Shown piece by piece: positions 52,721 to 62,296 of a DNA stretch of 64,000 nucleotides. The translations under genes were made by a program, and so were the position numbers. A model generated the notes under the pieces. The model was given only the letters and a program-made list of their open reading frames with translations. It was not told the DNA's origin and ran no database searches. Origin of the DNA: an uncultured virus (IMG/VR IMGVR_UViG_3300032135_000002) (taxonomy: Duplodnaviria; Heunggongvirae; Uroviricota; Caudoviricetes); the IMG/VR virus record IMGVR_UViG_3300032135_000002. One strand, given 5' to 3'. How positions within the stretch are numbered: the stretch's first letter is position 1; each line of letters begins with the position of its first letter.

Positions 52721-53161
52721 ATGTCCACAATAAGCACAGCGTTGCGTAACCACCTAATGACCGTCGGCTCGTTCAAGGCCGGAGTGGACGGCAGCGTCCT
52801 GAGAATTTACTCCGGCACCCCACCGGCTACCCCCGACGCCGCCGTGCCCGGCGCAGCTGTGCTGTTGTGCTTAGTGTCTGTAAACAGCACAGGCACAGGC
52901 GTCACGTTTGAAGCCTCCGCGAACGCGGGGCTGCTACTGAAGTCCGCCGGGGAAGTCTGGTCAGGGGTTAACGCGGCCACAGGTACGGCAGCGTGGTATC
53001 GGATCGGGACGTCTGCGGACGACGGCGCTGCCTCGACCGCGGCGATCCGCCTGCAGGGTACCGCGGGGCTTGCTGGAGCCGATCTGAACATGACCAATAT
53101 CAACTTGGTCTCTGGCGCTACGCAGACAGCGGACTACTTCTCGGTGCTGATGCCAGCGTAA
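52721..53161 (+). CDS. Small virion structural protein
   Basis: STALRN...IYSG.PPATPD...GTAAWYR...RLQG..G..GADL. Confidence 0.7.
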   Translation: MSTISTALRNHLMTVGSFKAGVDGSVLRIYSGTPPATPDAAVPGAAVLLCLVSVNSTGTGVTFEASANAGLLLKSAGEVWSGVNAATGTAAWYRIGTSADDGAASTAAIRLQGTAGLAGADLNMTNINLVSGATQTADYFSVLMPA

Positions 53162-53171
53162 AGGGGCCGAC

Positions 53172-55229
53172 GTGACCAACAAGCTGATAAGGCCGGTTAC
53201 CAAACAGTACATCCCGGGCGTCACGGCTATACCGCCGAGGCCCGCGCGGTGCTACACCCAGACGATAACCCGCACTACGTCGGGGAGCGTGGGTACGACC
53301 AGCACGTTTGTGTCCTACGAAGCCGGCGTGAACCAGTCCTTCGGGGGGTTCGCAACGCCGGTGTTCCGGCAGGTGCCGTCCTACATCGGTGACTTCGGGC
53401 AGCTTGTAACCCAAGAGCTTGTCGGCTGGAACATACTTCGGTTCGCTCCGGCTAACCCGATCTATACCACCACCGAGCAGACGATATGCACGCCGGCGGT
53501 GGCAGGGCGCGAAGGCGTAGCAGCGCAGACCATCGAGCAGAACGCTGGCCCTGACTGGCGGGCTTCGTCGCGGAGCGTTGAGCGCAAGACCGGCGACGTG
53601 ACTGCTGCGTTCGACGTAAGCAACAGCCCTCGAATACTCATAGGGTTCTCCACCCGCGACACCGGTGCCAATCAGAGCGACGTCCGTATGGGCGTGGCGT
53701 TCGTGACCGCAGGGCAGACTACTCAGATCATCCCGATAAACTCCGGGGTGCAGCAGGCGGCTGTCGGCACGTTCACCAACGGCGACCGTGTTGCGCTGTC
53801 CCGCGTGGGCGACAAGTTCTTCATCCAGTCTGGCAACGATCTGGTGTACTCCGCCACGGCGTCCACGCTGGAGCCGGTATACCTAGACGCCTTGCTGTAC
53901 ACCTCGAACGACTCCGTGGATAACCCAGAGTTCAGTACGCCCCTTGCCGTCTCGGTGTCAGGGCGCTTTGGTTTCACCGCTGGGCTGACCGCACGCACCG
54001 GCGTATCGGCGTCGATAGGTTTCGCCGGCGCTGTTGGCACACTGGTTGATGGCACCGTGCTGGTGTCCGTATCAGGCCAGATAGGCTTCACCGGCGTTGT
54101 GCTCACGGCCAATGGGCAGGAAGTATCGGCAGCTGGCCAAGTCGGCTTTACCGGCGCGCTGCGTACAGGCGTGGTGTTCCTCGATGGTTCCACTGGTGGC
54201 GACGAGACGTTTAACTCTGGGCTTACGACGTCGGCCATTACAATTGGCCCGCTGACCACCTTCGCTGCCGACAAGCCGTACACTGCTGGCGCTATCGTCC
54301 TCTCCTCCATTGCCGTGGAAGGTAGGACGGGCGAGGTTAGCCAGACCGTCGACGGGGCGGACATTGTGCTCGCCCCACTGGTGAGCTACGCAACGATGCA
54401 GACGGGCGGACTTATTACTGCCCAGCTGGTTCTGCAGGGCCTGCGCTCGTTGGCCGCTGACCGCCCATACGCCGGCGCTACCATGACCCTGCCGGCGCTC
54501 CTTGTGTATGGCGACGACGGGTTCGGTGACCCTGACTACTACGGCCACAACGAGGGGCTGGAACTGTCCGCCCCTATGTACACAGACCCTAGCCTGTTCG
54601 CCAGTATCTACGAGACGCTGGAACTTGAGACTGAGATGTCTCTGACCGTGCTATTGTCGGGTACGATCTTTGAGGGCTTGATCCTAGACCCGTCGCTGAG
54701 CGCTAAGGGCTTCCTGTACGCGATGATCGAGTCCGGTATCAACCTGTCCAGCGCTACACAGCTGCCGGATACGTCGGTGGCGCAGTACGCGTTTAACTCG
54801 ATTTCCGGAGCAGCAACGCGGTACTCGGACTTCGGGTTCACACAGTTTGCCCGGGCTGGGCAGGAGACTTTCGCTATCAAGCCCGACGGCCTGTACCGGT
54901 TACGCGGGGGCGACGACAACGGCGAGCTGCGTTCTGCGCTCGTAGACTTTGGCGCAATGGCGATGGGCGTGCAGCAGAGCAAGCACCTAGAAACCCTGTT
55001 CTTGGGGCTGGGCACCGACGGCACCGTGTACGCCAAGCTCACCGGTGACGGCGGGGAAGAGCTCATCTACCGCGCAGTTGAGCGGGAGTCTACAATGAGA
55101 GTCTCGCCCGGGCGCGGGGCATCTGCCCGAGAGTGGCGCTTGAAGCTTGAAATCTTCGATGCTGAGAAAGCCAGTCTGGACAGCATAGACTTTTACGTAG
55201 CGGTGTCCTCGCGACGGCGCACGCGGTAA
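53172..55229 (+). CDS. Tail protein
   Basis: 685 aa, beta-rich, with xSGxxGFxG repeats. Confidence 0.65.
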   Translation: MTNKLIRPVTKQYIPGVTAIPPRPARCYTQTITRTTSGSVGTTSTFVSYEAGVNQSFGGFATPVFRQVPSYIGDFGQLVTQELVGWNILRFAPANPIYTTTEQTICTPAVAGREGVAAQTIEQNAGPDWRASSRSVERKTGDVTAAFDVSNSPRILIGFSTRDTGANQSDVRMGVAFVTAGQTTQIIPINSGVQQAAVGTFTNGDRVALSRVGDKFFIQSGNDLVYSATASTLEPVYLDALLYTSNDSVDNPEFSTPLAVSVSGRFGFTAGLTARTGVSASIGFAGAVGTLVDGTVLVSVSGQIGFTGVVLTANGQEVSAAGQVGFTGALRTGVVFLDGSTGGDETFNSGLTTSAITIGPLTTFAADKPYTAGAIVLSSIAVEGRTGEVSQTVDGADIVLAPLVSYATMQTGGLITAQLVLQGLRSLAADRPYAGATMTLPALLVYGDDGFGDPDYYGHNEGLELSAPMYTDPSLFASIYETLELETEMSLTVLLSGTIFEGLILDPSLSAKGFLYAMIESGINLSSATQLPDTSVAQYAFNSISGAATRYSDFGFTQFARAGQETFAIKPDGLYRLRGGDDNGELRSALVDFGAMAMGVQQSKHLETLFLGLGTDGTVYAKLTGDGGEELIYRAVERESTMRVSPGRGASAREWRLKLEIFDAEKASLDSIDFYVAVSSRRRTR

Positions 55230-55245
55230 TTATCAGAGGTGACCT

Positions 55246-56202
55246 ATGGCTACTGAGTTAAACAACAGGCTCGACAATACTACTGACTTCCTGCAGGAGC
55301 ATGCACGCGATGCTATGATCCTTGCAAGGCAGTCTGAGGGGCGAATTCAAGCTAACGGAGTCGTCGACCTTAAAAACCCGCGGTTAAATATAGACCTAAA
55401 CAAGCCGAACATCGAGGCTCCGCCAAAGTTCTCGGACTTGTTCCCTGACGCTGACGGCACTTCGGAAGAGGTGGCGCGGCTGAACGGTGAAGTGGACAAG
55501 TGGCTGGCGGATTATTTCCCGTCCATCAACGACTGTTTCAAGAACGTGCCTGACGAGTGGTTGTGCAATATTATTTCAGGCACCGAGGCCTTCGGTCTGC
55601 ACGAATCTGTGTTCGAGGCTATCTGGCACAACTCCCGTGACCGTGAAGAGCGGCAGTACCGCAGTGAAGAAGCCTCACTGCGTGCAGACTTCTCTGCGCG
55701 AGGGTTCTCTCTCCCGCCGGGGGCGATGGCAGTGGCTATGGACAAAGCCCGCCAGAGAGCGTCTGAGGCCGTGCAGGAGGTCAACCGCACAGAGTCTATC
55801 CGTAACGAGGAAGTGAAACTCCAGCTCCTACAGTTCGCTGTTCAAGAAGCTGGGCGGTACAAGCTGGCCATTATGTCCTCGCTTGCCGAGTTTTATCGTA
55901 TCTGGACGACTATCCCAGACAAGGATATCGAGCGGGCCCGCGTGCGTGCGCAAGCGTACAGCTCTCTGTACTCAGCACTGAGCGCGTACTATAACGTCGA
56001 GATCTCGTTCGAGGAGCTGCGGCTGCGGGCTGCGTCCGGTGACGTAGACGCCCAGTTGGCATCGGACAGCAACAAGATCGCACTGAACAACAACACCGGC
56101 GTGGCCACGGCAATAGGCAACGCTGTGCGAGGCTTCTCTGACATATCCGCCAGCTCTGCGAACGCAGCCGGTTCGCTGATAGCTCAGATCGAGTCTGTAT
56201 GA
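55246..56202 (+). CDS. Virion protein (helical)
   Basis: FSARGFSLPPGA motif; SD GAGG. Confidence 0.7.
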   Translation: MATELNNRLDNTTDFLQEHARDAMILARQSEGRIQANGVVDLKNPRLNIDLNKPNIEAPPKFSDLFPDADGTSEEVARLNGEVDKWLADYFPSINDCFKNVPDEWLCNIISGTEAFGLHESVFEAIWHNSRDREERQYRSEEASLRADFSARGFSLPPGAMAVAMDKARQRASEAVQEVNRTESIRNEEVKLQLLQFAVQEAGRYKLAIMSSLAEFYRIWTTIPDKDIERARVRAQAYSSLYSALSAYYNVEISFEELRLRAASGDVDAQLASDSNKIALNNNTGVATAIGNAVRGFSDISASSANAAGSLIAQIESV

Positions 56203-57992
56203 GTGGGATAGTCCGCCGGCGGACCAACACGGCTACCGGAGCGCACTGGCTACGGCGGACTATGAACACCGCTGCTCGACTGGGAAAAAACAACAGTCGG
56301 GCTGAGATCCAAGATGGTTATATTCTTCGGGCTAATCACGCAGGTACGCAGCGCTCAGCTACTTTATTGGACATGCCGCCCCACGTTCGCGTGGTAGGTA
56401 GCCTCAACATAGCCGGGCGGGCTCTCGGGTCTCCGCGCTTGAAAGTAGGTGGCAACCGGGACGCGTTCCACCCGGGTACCGGCGCTGACCCGATCCCGCT
56501 CACGGTGGAAGACCTCGACGAAGCGAAGTTCCCCACCAGCTGGAGCACCATAAACTTGGCCGTCGCCCCCACTGCGTTTGGGGTTTGGGAGGGAGCTGCG
56601 CTGCCCGAGGTCAAGGGTGTGACCAAGCTGTGGTCCGGCGGGGCCGCGGACTCTCTAGACAGGGACGTGGAGGTATACCCACTAAGCGCTTCCCGGGCGC
56701 TTTACACACGGGTGGAATTTCTGAAGCGGGGCGACACTGGTACTGCCATCAACACGACTGAAGCGTTCGTCACGCCTATCACCGGCGGTTACCTCATGTC
56801 CCCACGCGACATAGTGGACAGCGCGTTCCAGCTGGCATACCCGACGGTAACCCCCCACGCTGCCACAGACTACGATCCGGTAGCCGGTACTATAGTGATC
56901 GCCACGCCGGTTACGAAGCCGCTAGCAAAAATTGCAGATGACACCGGGCAAGACTACGGCAAGGTCGCTATGTTCTTTACGCGCTCTGTCGACGTCAGCA
57001 CCGCGGAATCCTTCACCTCCTTGTACCTGTTCCAGTTCCCCAGCCTAGCCGCGTTTCAGCAGACGCTGTGGCGGAGCGCGGAAGAGCGGGGGTACACCCC
57101 GACGGTGGTGCATAGTCAGGCTATCCTACACCCCGATGGCTCGACTACGATCTACGGGAGGTTCTACGGTTTTGTGTACGGCACCGCTGCGACCACGCAG
57201 TCAGGGTTTGAGCAAATGCTGACGCGCTTCCGACTAAGCATAACCCCCGAGGGGCTAGACTCATGGTCGGTGCTAAGTTGCGACGTAACAGGCACCGATG
57301 CGTCTTTGGCTTCGCGTAGAGTGGGCTCTGTTGCAGGGCAGTTCCGGTGGGTGGAGCCGCCAACAGTGTTCTACGGCGCTGGTAGCCCTTGGGCTTTTTG
57401 GGCGCAGTACGACATCTCGTCATCGGGTTTATCGTACACCCCGTTCGGAGAAGGCGACGGCGGCGCGACTGTAGGTGGCTTTGTCATCTCCATAAACAAG
57501 GGCGCCACAGAAGTAGCCCGCGGCGTGCCGCCTAACATAACCATGTTCCGTTTTACTGGCGCCCCAACGAGGCTGCTGGATGGAGCGGCTACTACACCTC
57601 GGCGCTTTCCATACGTCGCCTGCCACGTCGACACCCCTGAAGTGTTCGGGCTTAGCTTCTTTGGGTGGGATAGAACCACAGAGGAATTGAAGCTGTGCAA
57701 GTGGGACACCGTCGACGGCTTCGGCATCTGGGAGATAGACCTGACCCAGATGAACCTCCGACGCTCAGACCGGCTACCCAGTATAAGTGTCTACCAACGC
57801 TGCTCCGTAGTTGACGGGCTAGTGGTGGGCCTGCCCAGCTTTGTGGCAAACTCAGAGTACGACGGGGGGTTCGTGGAGGGCCATATTATAGCCAAGGGCG
57901 TAGCCAAGTCTATGGGCGTGGTTGGCGGTTTGAGCGTATCAGCACTGGGGAATCCACTGCAAAGCAGTTTGCTTAACAACTTATATAGGTAG
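56199..57992 (+). CDS. Hypothetical virion/tail protein
   Basis: 597-aa ORF; ATGA coupling. Confidence 0.65.
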   Translation: MSGIVRRRTNTATGAHWLRRTMNTAARLGKNNSRAEIQDGYILRANHAGTQRSATLLDMPPHVRVVGSLNIAGRALGSPRLKVGGNRDAFHPGTGADPIPLTVEDLDEAKFPTSWSTINLAVAPTAFGVWEGAALPEVKGVTKLWSGGAADSLDRDVEVYPLSASRALYTRVEFLKRGDTGTAINTTEAFVTPITGGYLMSPRDIVDSAFQLAYPTVTPHAATDYDPVAGTIVIATPVTKPLAKIADDTGQDYGKVAMFFTRSVDVSTAESFTSLYLFQFPSLAAFQQTLWRSAEERGYTPTVVHSQAILHPDGSTTIYGRFYGFVYGTAATTQSGFEQMLTRFRLSITPEGLDSWSVLSCDVTGTDASLASRRVGSVAGQFRWVEPPTVFYGAGSPWAFWAQYDISSSGLSYTPFGEGDGGATVGGFVISINKGATEVARGVPPNITMFRFTGAPTRLLDGAATTPRRFPYVACHVDTPEVFGLSFFGWDRTTEELKLCKWDTVDGFGIWEIDLTQMNLRRSDRLPSISVYQRCSVVDGLVVGLPSFVANSEYDGGFVEGHIIAKGVAKSMGVVGGLSVSALGNPLQSSLLNNLYR

Positions 57993-58001
57993 GAGAGCTA
58001 C

Positions 58002-59615
58002 ATGCTTATTCTAGGAGAAGAAGCCTCGGCACCAGATGTGTGGCGGCTAGTATATTACGACCCTGTGACGGAGACGGTGCCAGAAAACGGAGTGGTCGAC
58101 CTGACTGCTTTGGTAGCCACCGTTGGGGTGGACATCTATAGATTTTCTTACCCAGTTGCGACAAGCGAGTACGTGTTCGTTTACGGCGCCGAGAACTTTG
58201 GTGGGGATTCGGGAGTAGTTTTGTCTGCAGATGGATTCTCCGTAGTCCACAACGCGGATTATGTTCTAGCTGCCTTTACAACCGCCCCTCCGGGCAACCA
58301 CAGAACAATAGTTGTGGCTGACGGTAAACTGGTTTTTATTAGCGCGGGCACCATAACAGTGTTTTCTCTGCCAGACCTTAATCTGGTGCAGACGTTTGAC
58401 ATGTCTTCTATAGACGGCGCCCTCCCCGATGGTGTATCTGGAGTAAACGCAGCGGGGGGCAAAGTCTTATACAGCATACCGGGCTCGAAGCGGACTGTTC
58501 TGTACGACGTGCCTACAAACACAGTGTCGACTTTTGCCTACACGGCTATTCAAAGTAGGACTGTGGCGTCATTTATTAACGTGGCGGGTATAGAACGCGT
58601 TGGTGTGTTCGCGACACAGCTCAGTGAGCCTATAGCGGTGCGCTCGGCTAGCGATCTAACGAGCGTCGGAGCCACCGGCACGCCTAACGCCAATGCCCAA
58701 AGTATGATGTTCCAGAGAACCGCGGGTTTTCTTGGCAGCCCAGACGGCAGTAACGAAGTCATTGTGGGTGCGTATGGCGGAAGAGGGGCGGGTGGCTCTA
58801 CAACTGGAAACTACGACCTAGACTATTACCCAGATGTGTTTACTACAAGCACAAACTACCGTGTAAATGACACTGCCGGGACCGACTTGTTCCCCTACAG
58901 TGTGCACCTTCACCGAGCTACCGGGAAACTCATATCGGTAGAAAACGCTGAGTCCGAGCTGAACATATCTGCTACCGATCTGGTCGGCCAAACCATGCAG
59001 GTACGCCCCCCGGCGGTCGCAGTTACAGGACTTACTAACCGCGTCTCGGACTTCTTTATGAGTTCGTATGATGCGTTTGTTCTGACGTCTACTCAACAAA
59101 CGTACTGGCTCGACGTAACAGACCCGGAGAACTGGGACACCGTGGCTTCCTCCCCCTACTTTCAATGGGATGGTAGCGTGTGGGTGTTCGGGGATGAGGG
59201 AGGAACCCCCGAGGGCGCAGAACTTCGAACTGCTGCCCCGCTGGTAGGGCTCGTACCGCTCAGACTACGGTTGACGCTGGGCCCAAAGATAAGCCAGTTC
59301 GGGACCAGCGACTACGTTAAGCTCTATGCTGAGGGGGGGGTATCCAGCAACCGTGCTACGTTCTTTGGGCGGGGGTGGCTGCCGTACGACGAGGCCGCGC
59401 TGGAACACGTTTTCACCTCGGACGAGTTCGTCTATCCCGCCTACGTCGAGAGCCTTGAAGCTGGGACTGGGCTGTTTATGTCCAACAACTCGTACGAGCT
59501 TGTTGAGCTCCGAAAGATTGAGGTACTGGTCACGGGGGCACCCATACCAGACGAGTTCTGGACAGCGTTCAACCAGACCCAAGAAATTTTAGTCCCCCTG
59601 TCTGATGTCGAGTAA
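58002..59615 (+). CDS. Beta-propeller-like tail/receptor-binding protein
   Basis: Short beta-strand repeats; C-terminal FWT.F..T.E; SD AGGAG. Confidence 0.6.
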   Translation: MLILGEEASAPDVWRLVYYDPVTETVPENGVVDLTALVATVGVDIYRFSYPVATSEYVFVYGAENFGGDSGVVLSADGFSVVHNADYVLAAFTTAPPGNHRTIVVADGKLVFISAGTITVFSLPDLNLVQTFDMSSIDGALPDGVSGVNAAGGKVLYSIPGSKRTVLYDVPTNTVSTFAYTAIQSRTVASFINVAGIERVGVFATQLSEPIAVRSASDLTSVGATGTPNANAQSMMFQRTAGFLGSPDGSNEVIVGAYGGRGAGGSTTGNYDLDYYPDVFTTSTNYRVNDTAGTDLFPYSVHLHRATGKLISVENAESELNISATDLVGQTMQVRPPAVAVTGLTNRVSDFFMSSYDAFVLTSTQQTYWLDVTDPENWDTVASSPYFQWDGSVWVFGDEGGTPEGAELRTAAPLVGLVPLRLRLTLGPKISQFGTSDYVKLYAEGGVSSNRATFFGRGWLPYDEAALEHVFTSDEFVYPAYVESLEAGTGLFMSNNSYELVELRKIEVLVTGAPIPDEFWTAFNQTQEILVPLSDVE

Positions 59616-60225
59616 GGTCGACGTCCACATAGGGCTAAGCGGGGCGGAGCCACAAGCGTGGCTCGACCGCTGCTTGCGGTCGCTTGAAGGTCAGCCAGTG
59701 AACATACGCTTCGTAGATGCGGTACCGGGTGACGTGGGTTCTATGCGTGCTAATGGTTACGCGCTAGGCACGTCAGGGCTTGTGAGCTATGTGGACCCTG
59801 ACGACTGGGTAGAGCCATGGACATACGCGTGGGCGGTGGAACAGATGCGAGCCCCCGAAGTGTCTGCGTGCTATGTGAACCACGGGCTGTACGAAGAGTG
59901 CGGGGCCGTTAGAACACGGCTATGGTTTGACCAGCTCGCTCCAGACGTGGGGTTTGCCAAGTGTAAGCAGATGCACCACGGCGTCGTGCACCGGCGCGAA
60001 GTTATTGGAGGGGTATTGCCTCTGCTTAGGGGAGTAACCCTGCGCGAGTGGCAGTACGCTAACCTGCAAGCACTAAAGGCCGGCAAGGTAGTTGGTACAT
60101 TGCGCGAGGGGTACGGCTGGAGGGTAACGCCGGGCGGAGCACATAAGGTAAGACCTATCCTGCCTCCGCCCACTGCCAGCGAACGGTGGAAGGCGGAAAT
60201 GCAGAGGATACTGTTAGCAAGCTAA
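59605..60225 (+). CDS. Glycosyltransferase, GT-A (family 2-like)
   Basis: WLDRCLRSL, MRANGY..G....VSYVDPDD. Confidence 0.8.
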   Translation: MSSKVDVHIGLSGAEPQAWLDRCLRSLEGQPVNIRFVDAVPGDVGSMRANGYALGTSGLVSYVDPDDWVEPWTYAWAVEQMRAPEVSACYVNHGLYEECGAVRTRLWFDQLAPDVGFAKCKQMHHGVVHRREVIGGVLPLLRGVTLREWQYANLQALKAGKVVGTLREGYGWRVTPGGAHKVRPILPPPTASERWKAEMQRILLAS

Positions 60226-60226
60226 G

Positions 60227-60404
60227 TTCCTAGCAACCCTAGCAAAGTTTTAGGGAAACTCTTTATAAAAGAGAAAACTCATTGTCTTATAAAACAAATT
60301 AAAAAATAAAAATAAAAAGTTTTTTATAGTATATAAGTACTAGGGTTACTAGAGAGCTGTTTGTTAAGGGTTTTTTCCTAGCAATCCTAGCAACCCTAGC
60401 AAAC
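60227..60404 (-). repeat. Iteron-like/AT-rich element (copy 2, inverted relative to copy 1)
   Basis: Reverse complement aligns with 35412..35609. Confidence 0.8.
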
Positions 60405-60483
60405 CGCATAGTGAATTTTTCCGACGTATCAACCGTTTGCATATCAGGGTAAAATGTTTTAGCGAATTTATTGGAGGTGGCTT

Positions 60484-62286
60484 GTGAGCAAAATTACCGA
60501 CAACTTGAGAAATAAAGCGCAGATGGCTAGGGATCGACTCCGTAATATGCGGTCGGGCACTGCGGCCAGCGGCGGAAATACTCCGGTGCGCCTTAACGGC
60601 CCGTCCACTACTACGGGCGTAGCGACTCAGCCCCGTGGGGCCTCCCCACTTGCGCAAGCAGGTTCCGGTGGTGCTGGCGGTGGCGGCTTACGCCCCCCGA
60701 CAACAACTGCTTCTCCTACTCCACCGCCAAAAGGCGGCTTACCGACGTTTGTTAACGACACCACTACTGCTAAGAGTAAGTTAGGTCAGGTGGGTAAGGC
60801 GCTCGGTAAAGGCGGAATACTGCGTGGGTTGGGTCAGCTCGGCACCGTAGCCGCCGTTACCAGCATGGGTGTAGAAGCTGCTGAGAATGCTCGGCAAGAA
60901 GCTGGCACTGCGGACATGGCAGATCTGTTTGCTCGCGGTCGTGCTGGAAAGCTCGAGAATACAGGCCCCGGATACAGCGGCGGTGCGCCATTAGATCCTA
61001 CCTTCGAAGATCTTGGTGACAAAGACGGTCTTGTCGCCCCCGGCCAAGCGCCTGAGTGGGCCCGTAACTTTCAGGCTGACCCGTTTACGTCTGGCTCAGT
61101 ACCTCAGGCCGACCCCAATGCCTCAGACACCCCCCGTGCTAGGCAGCTTCGTCAGATGGGTGTGCCCCAAGAAGCTATCGACTCAGCACCTATTGAAGAG
61201 AATGACCGGCGCGCTGTGCTGGCCCCTGACGGTAGGGGCGTCGCTGGGCAGACTTACAACTTAGGCAAGTTCGGCTCCCAAGACCCCAACGGTGATATCT
61301 TCGGCACTGCTGATGAGAACGGTCGGGTGAACAACTTCGCCGGCGTGGGCACCCCCCGCACAAACGAGCAGCGCATGGCAGAAGGCCTACGGTCTGCGGG
61401 CCGTAACGAGCGGGCGCTTGAGATTGCTCAAGGGAACAACCGCCTACGTAGCGAGCAGATTAACGGCGTAGGGTACTCCGAAGAAGACCGGGCTAATCAG
61501 CGGGCTAATCAGCGAGAGCGGAACCTGCGCGCTGATCTTGATACCAGCACTCCTTCAGGACAACGGGCCCTGACCGCGGCTCTTGAAGGCGTAGAGACGC
61601 AGCGCTTGTCTGAGATCAACGGGCTACGCAGCAACGCCGCTGCTACTGAGCAGCAGACTATTGCCGGTAATGCGCAGCGTGATGTAGCTGGGATAAACGC
61701 CGCCGGCGATCTGCGTACCGAGCGGTTGAAACAGACCCAAGAAGGTATCCGCAGTCAGGCAAAAGCTACTGCAGACGCGGCCAAAGTTAAGCGGGAGCTT
61801 GGCGAAAAAGGCTGGGAGCGGTACAACAACACTGTCGACCGTATGTTCTCAGAGCCTGATGGTAATGGCGGGTATCAGACTAACAAGATAGAACAGGAGA
61901 AGTTCCGCACGTTTGTGGAATCCAGCGACCTTATACTGGGCAGCGAGGAGTTTACGAGTAAGCCTCCCCAAGCACAGGCCAACATCCTGCAAGACCTACG
62001 CCGTCTGCAAGAGATGGGTGTCAGGCTGAACGAAGCCAAGGGTCAAGATTTGGAGGGCGTGGACCCGGTTACCATGATCCGTGAGGCTACGTGGGAGGAT
62101 GCCACCGGTGTTTTCTCAGACGATGGTATATCGTACTTCGACTACCTATACTCCAACCTGCTGGCTACTGATAACCAGTTGGTAGAGACCCAGAGCGGTA
62201 AGAAGATCCTGCGCTCAGATCTGAACCCAGACAGTAACGCGGAAGTTACCCGGCTTATGAATCCCGGCACGTTACGCAACCAGTAA
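60484..62286 (+). CDS. Putative internal virion/ejection protein
   Basis: SD GGAGG; G/A/Q-rich low-complexity 600 aa. Confidence 0.65.
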   Translation: MSKITDNLRNKAQMARDRLRNMRSGTAASGGNTPVRLNGPSTTTGVATQPRGASPLAQAGSGGAGGGGLRPPTTTASPTPPPKGGLPTFVNDTTTAKSKLGQVGKALGKGGILRGLGQLGTVAAVTSMGVEAAENARQEAGTADMADLFARGRAGKLENTGPGYSGGAPLDPTFEDLGDKDGLVAPGQAPEWARNFQADPFTSGSVPQADPNASDTPRARQLRQMGVPQEAIDSAPIEENDRRAVLAPDGRGVAGQTYNLGKFGSQDPNGDIFGTADENGRVNNFAGVGTPRTNEQRMAEGLRSAGRNERALEIAQGNNRLRSEQINGVGYSEEDRANQRANQRERNLRADLDTSTPSGQRALTAALEGVETQRLSEINGLRSNAAATEQQTIAGNAQRDVAGINAAGDLRTERLKQTQEGIRSQAKATADAAKVKRELGEKGWERYNNTVDRMFSEPDGNGGYQTNKIEQEKFRTFVESSDLILGSEEFTSKPPQAQANILQDLRRLQEMGVRLNEAKGQDLEGVDPVTMIREATWEDATGVFSDDGISYFDYLYSNLLATDNQLVETQSGKKILRSDLNPDSNAEVTRLMNPGTLRNQ

Positions 62287-62296
62287 GGTATACACA

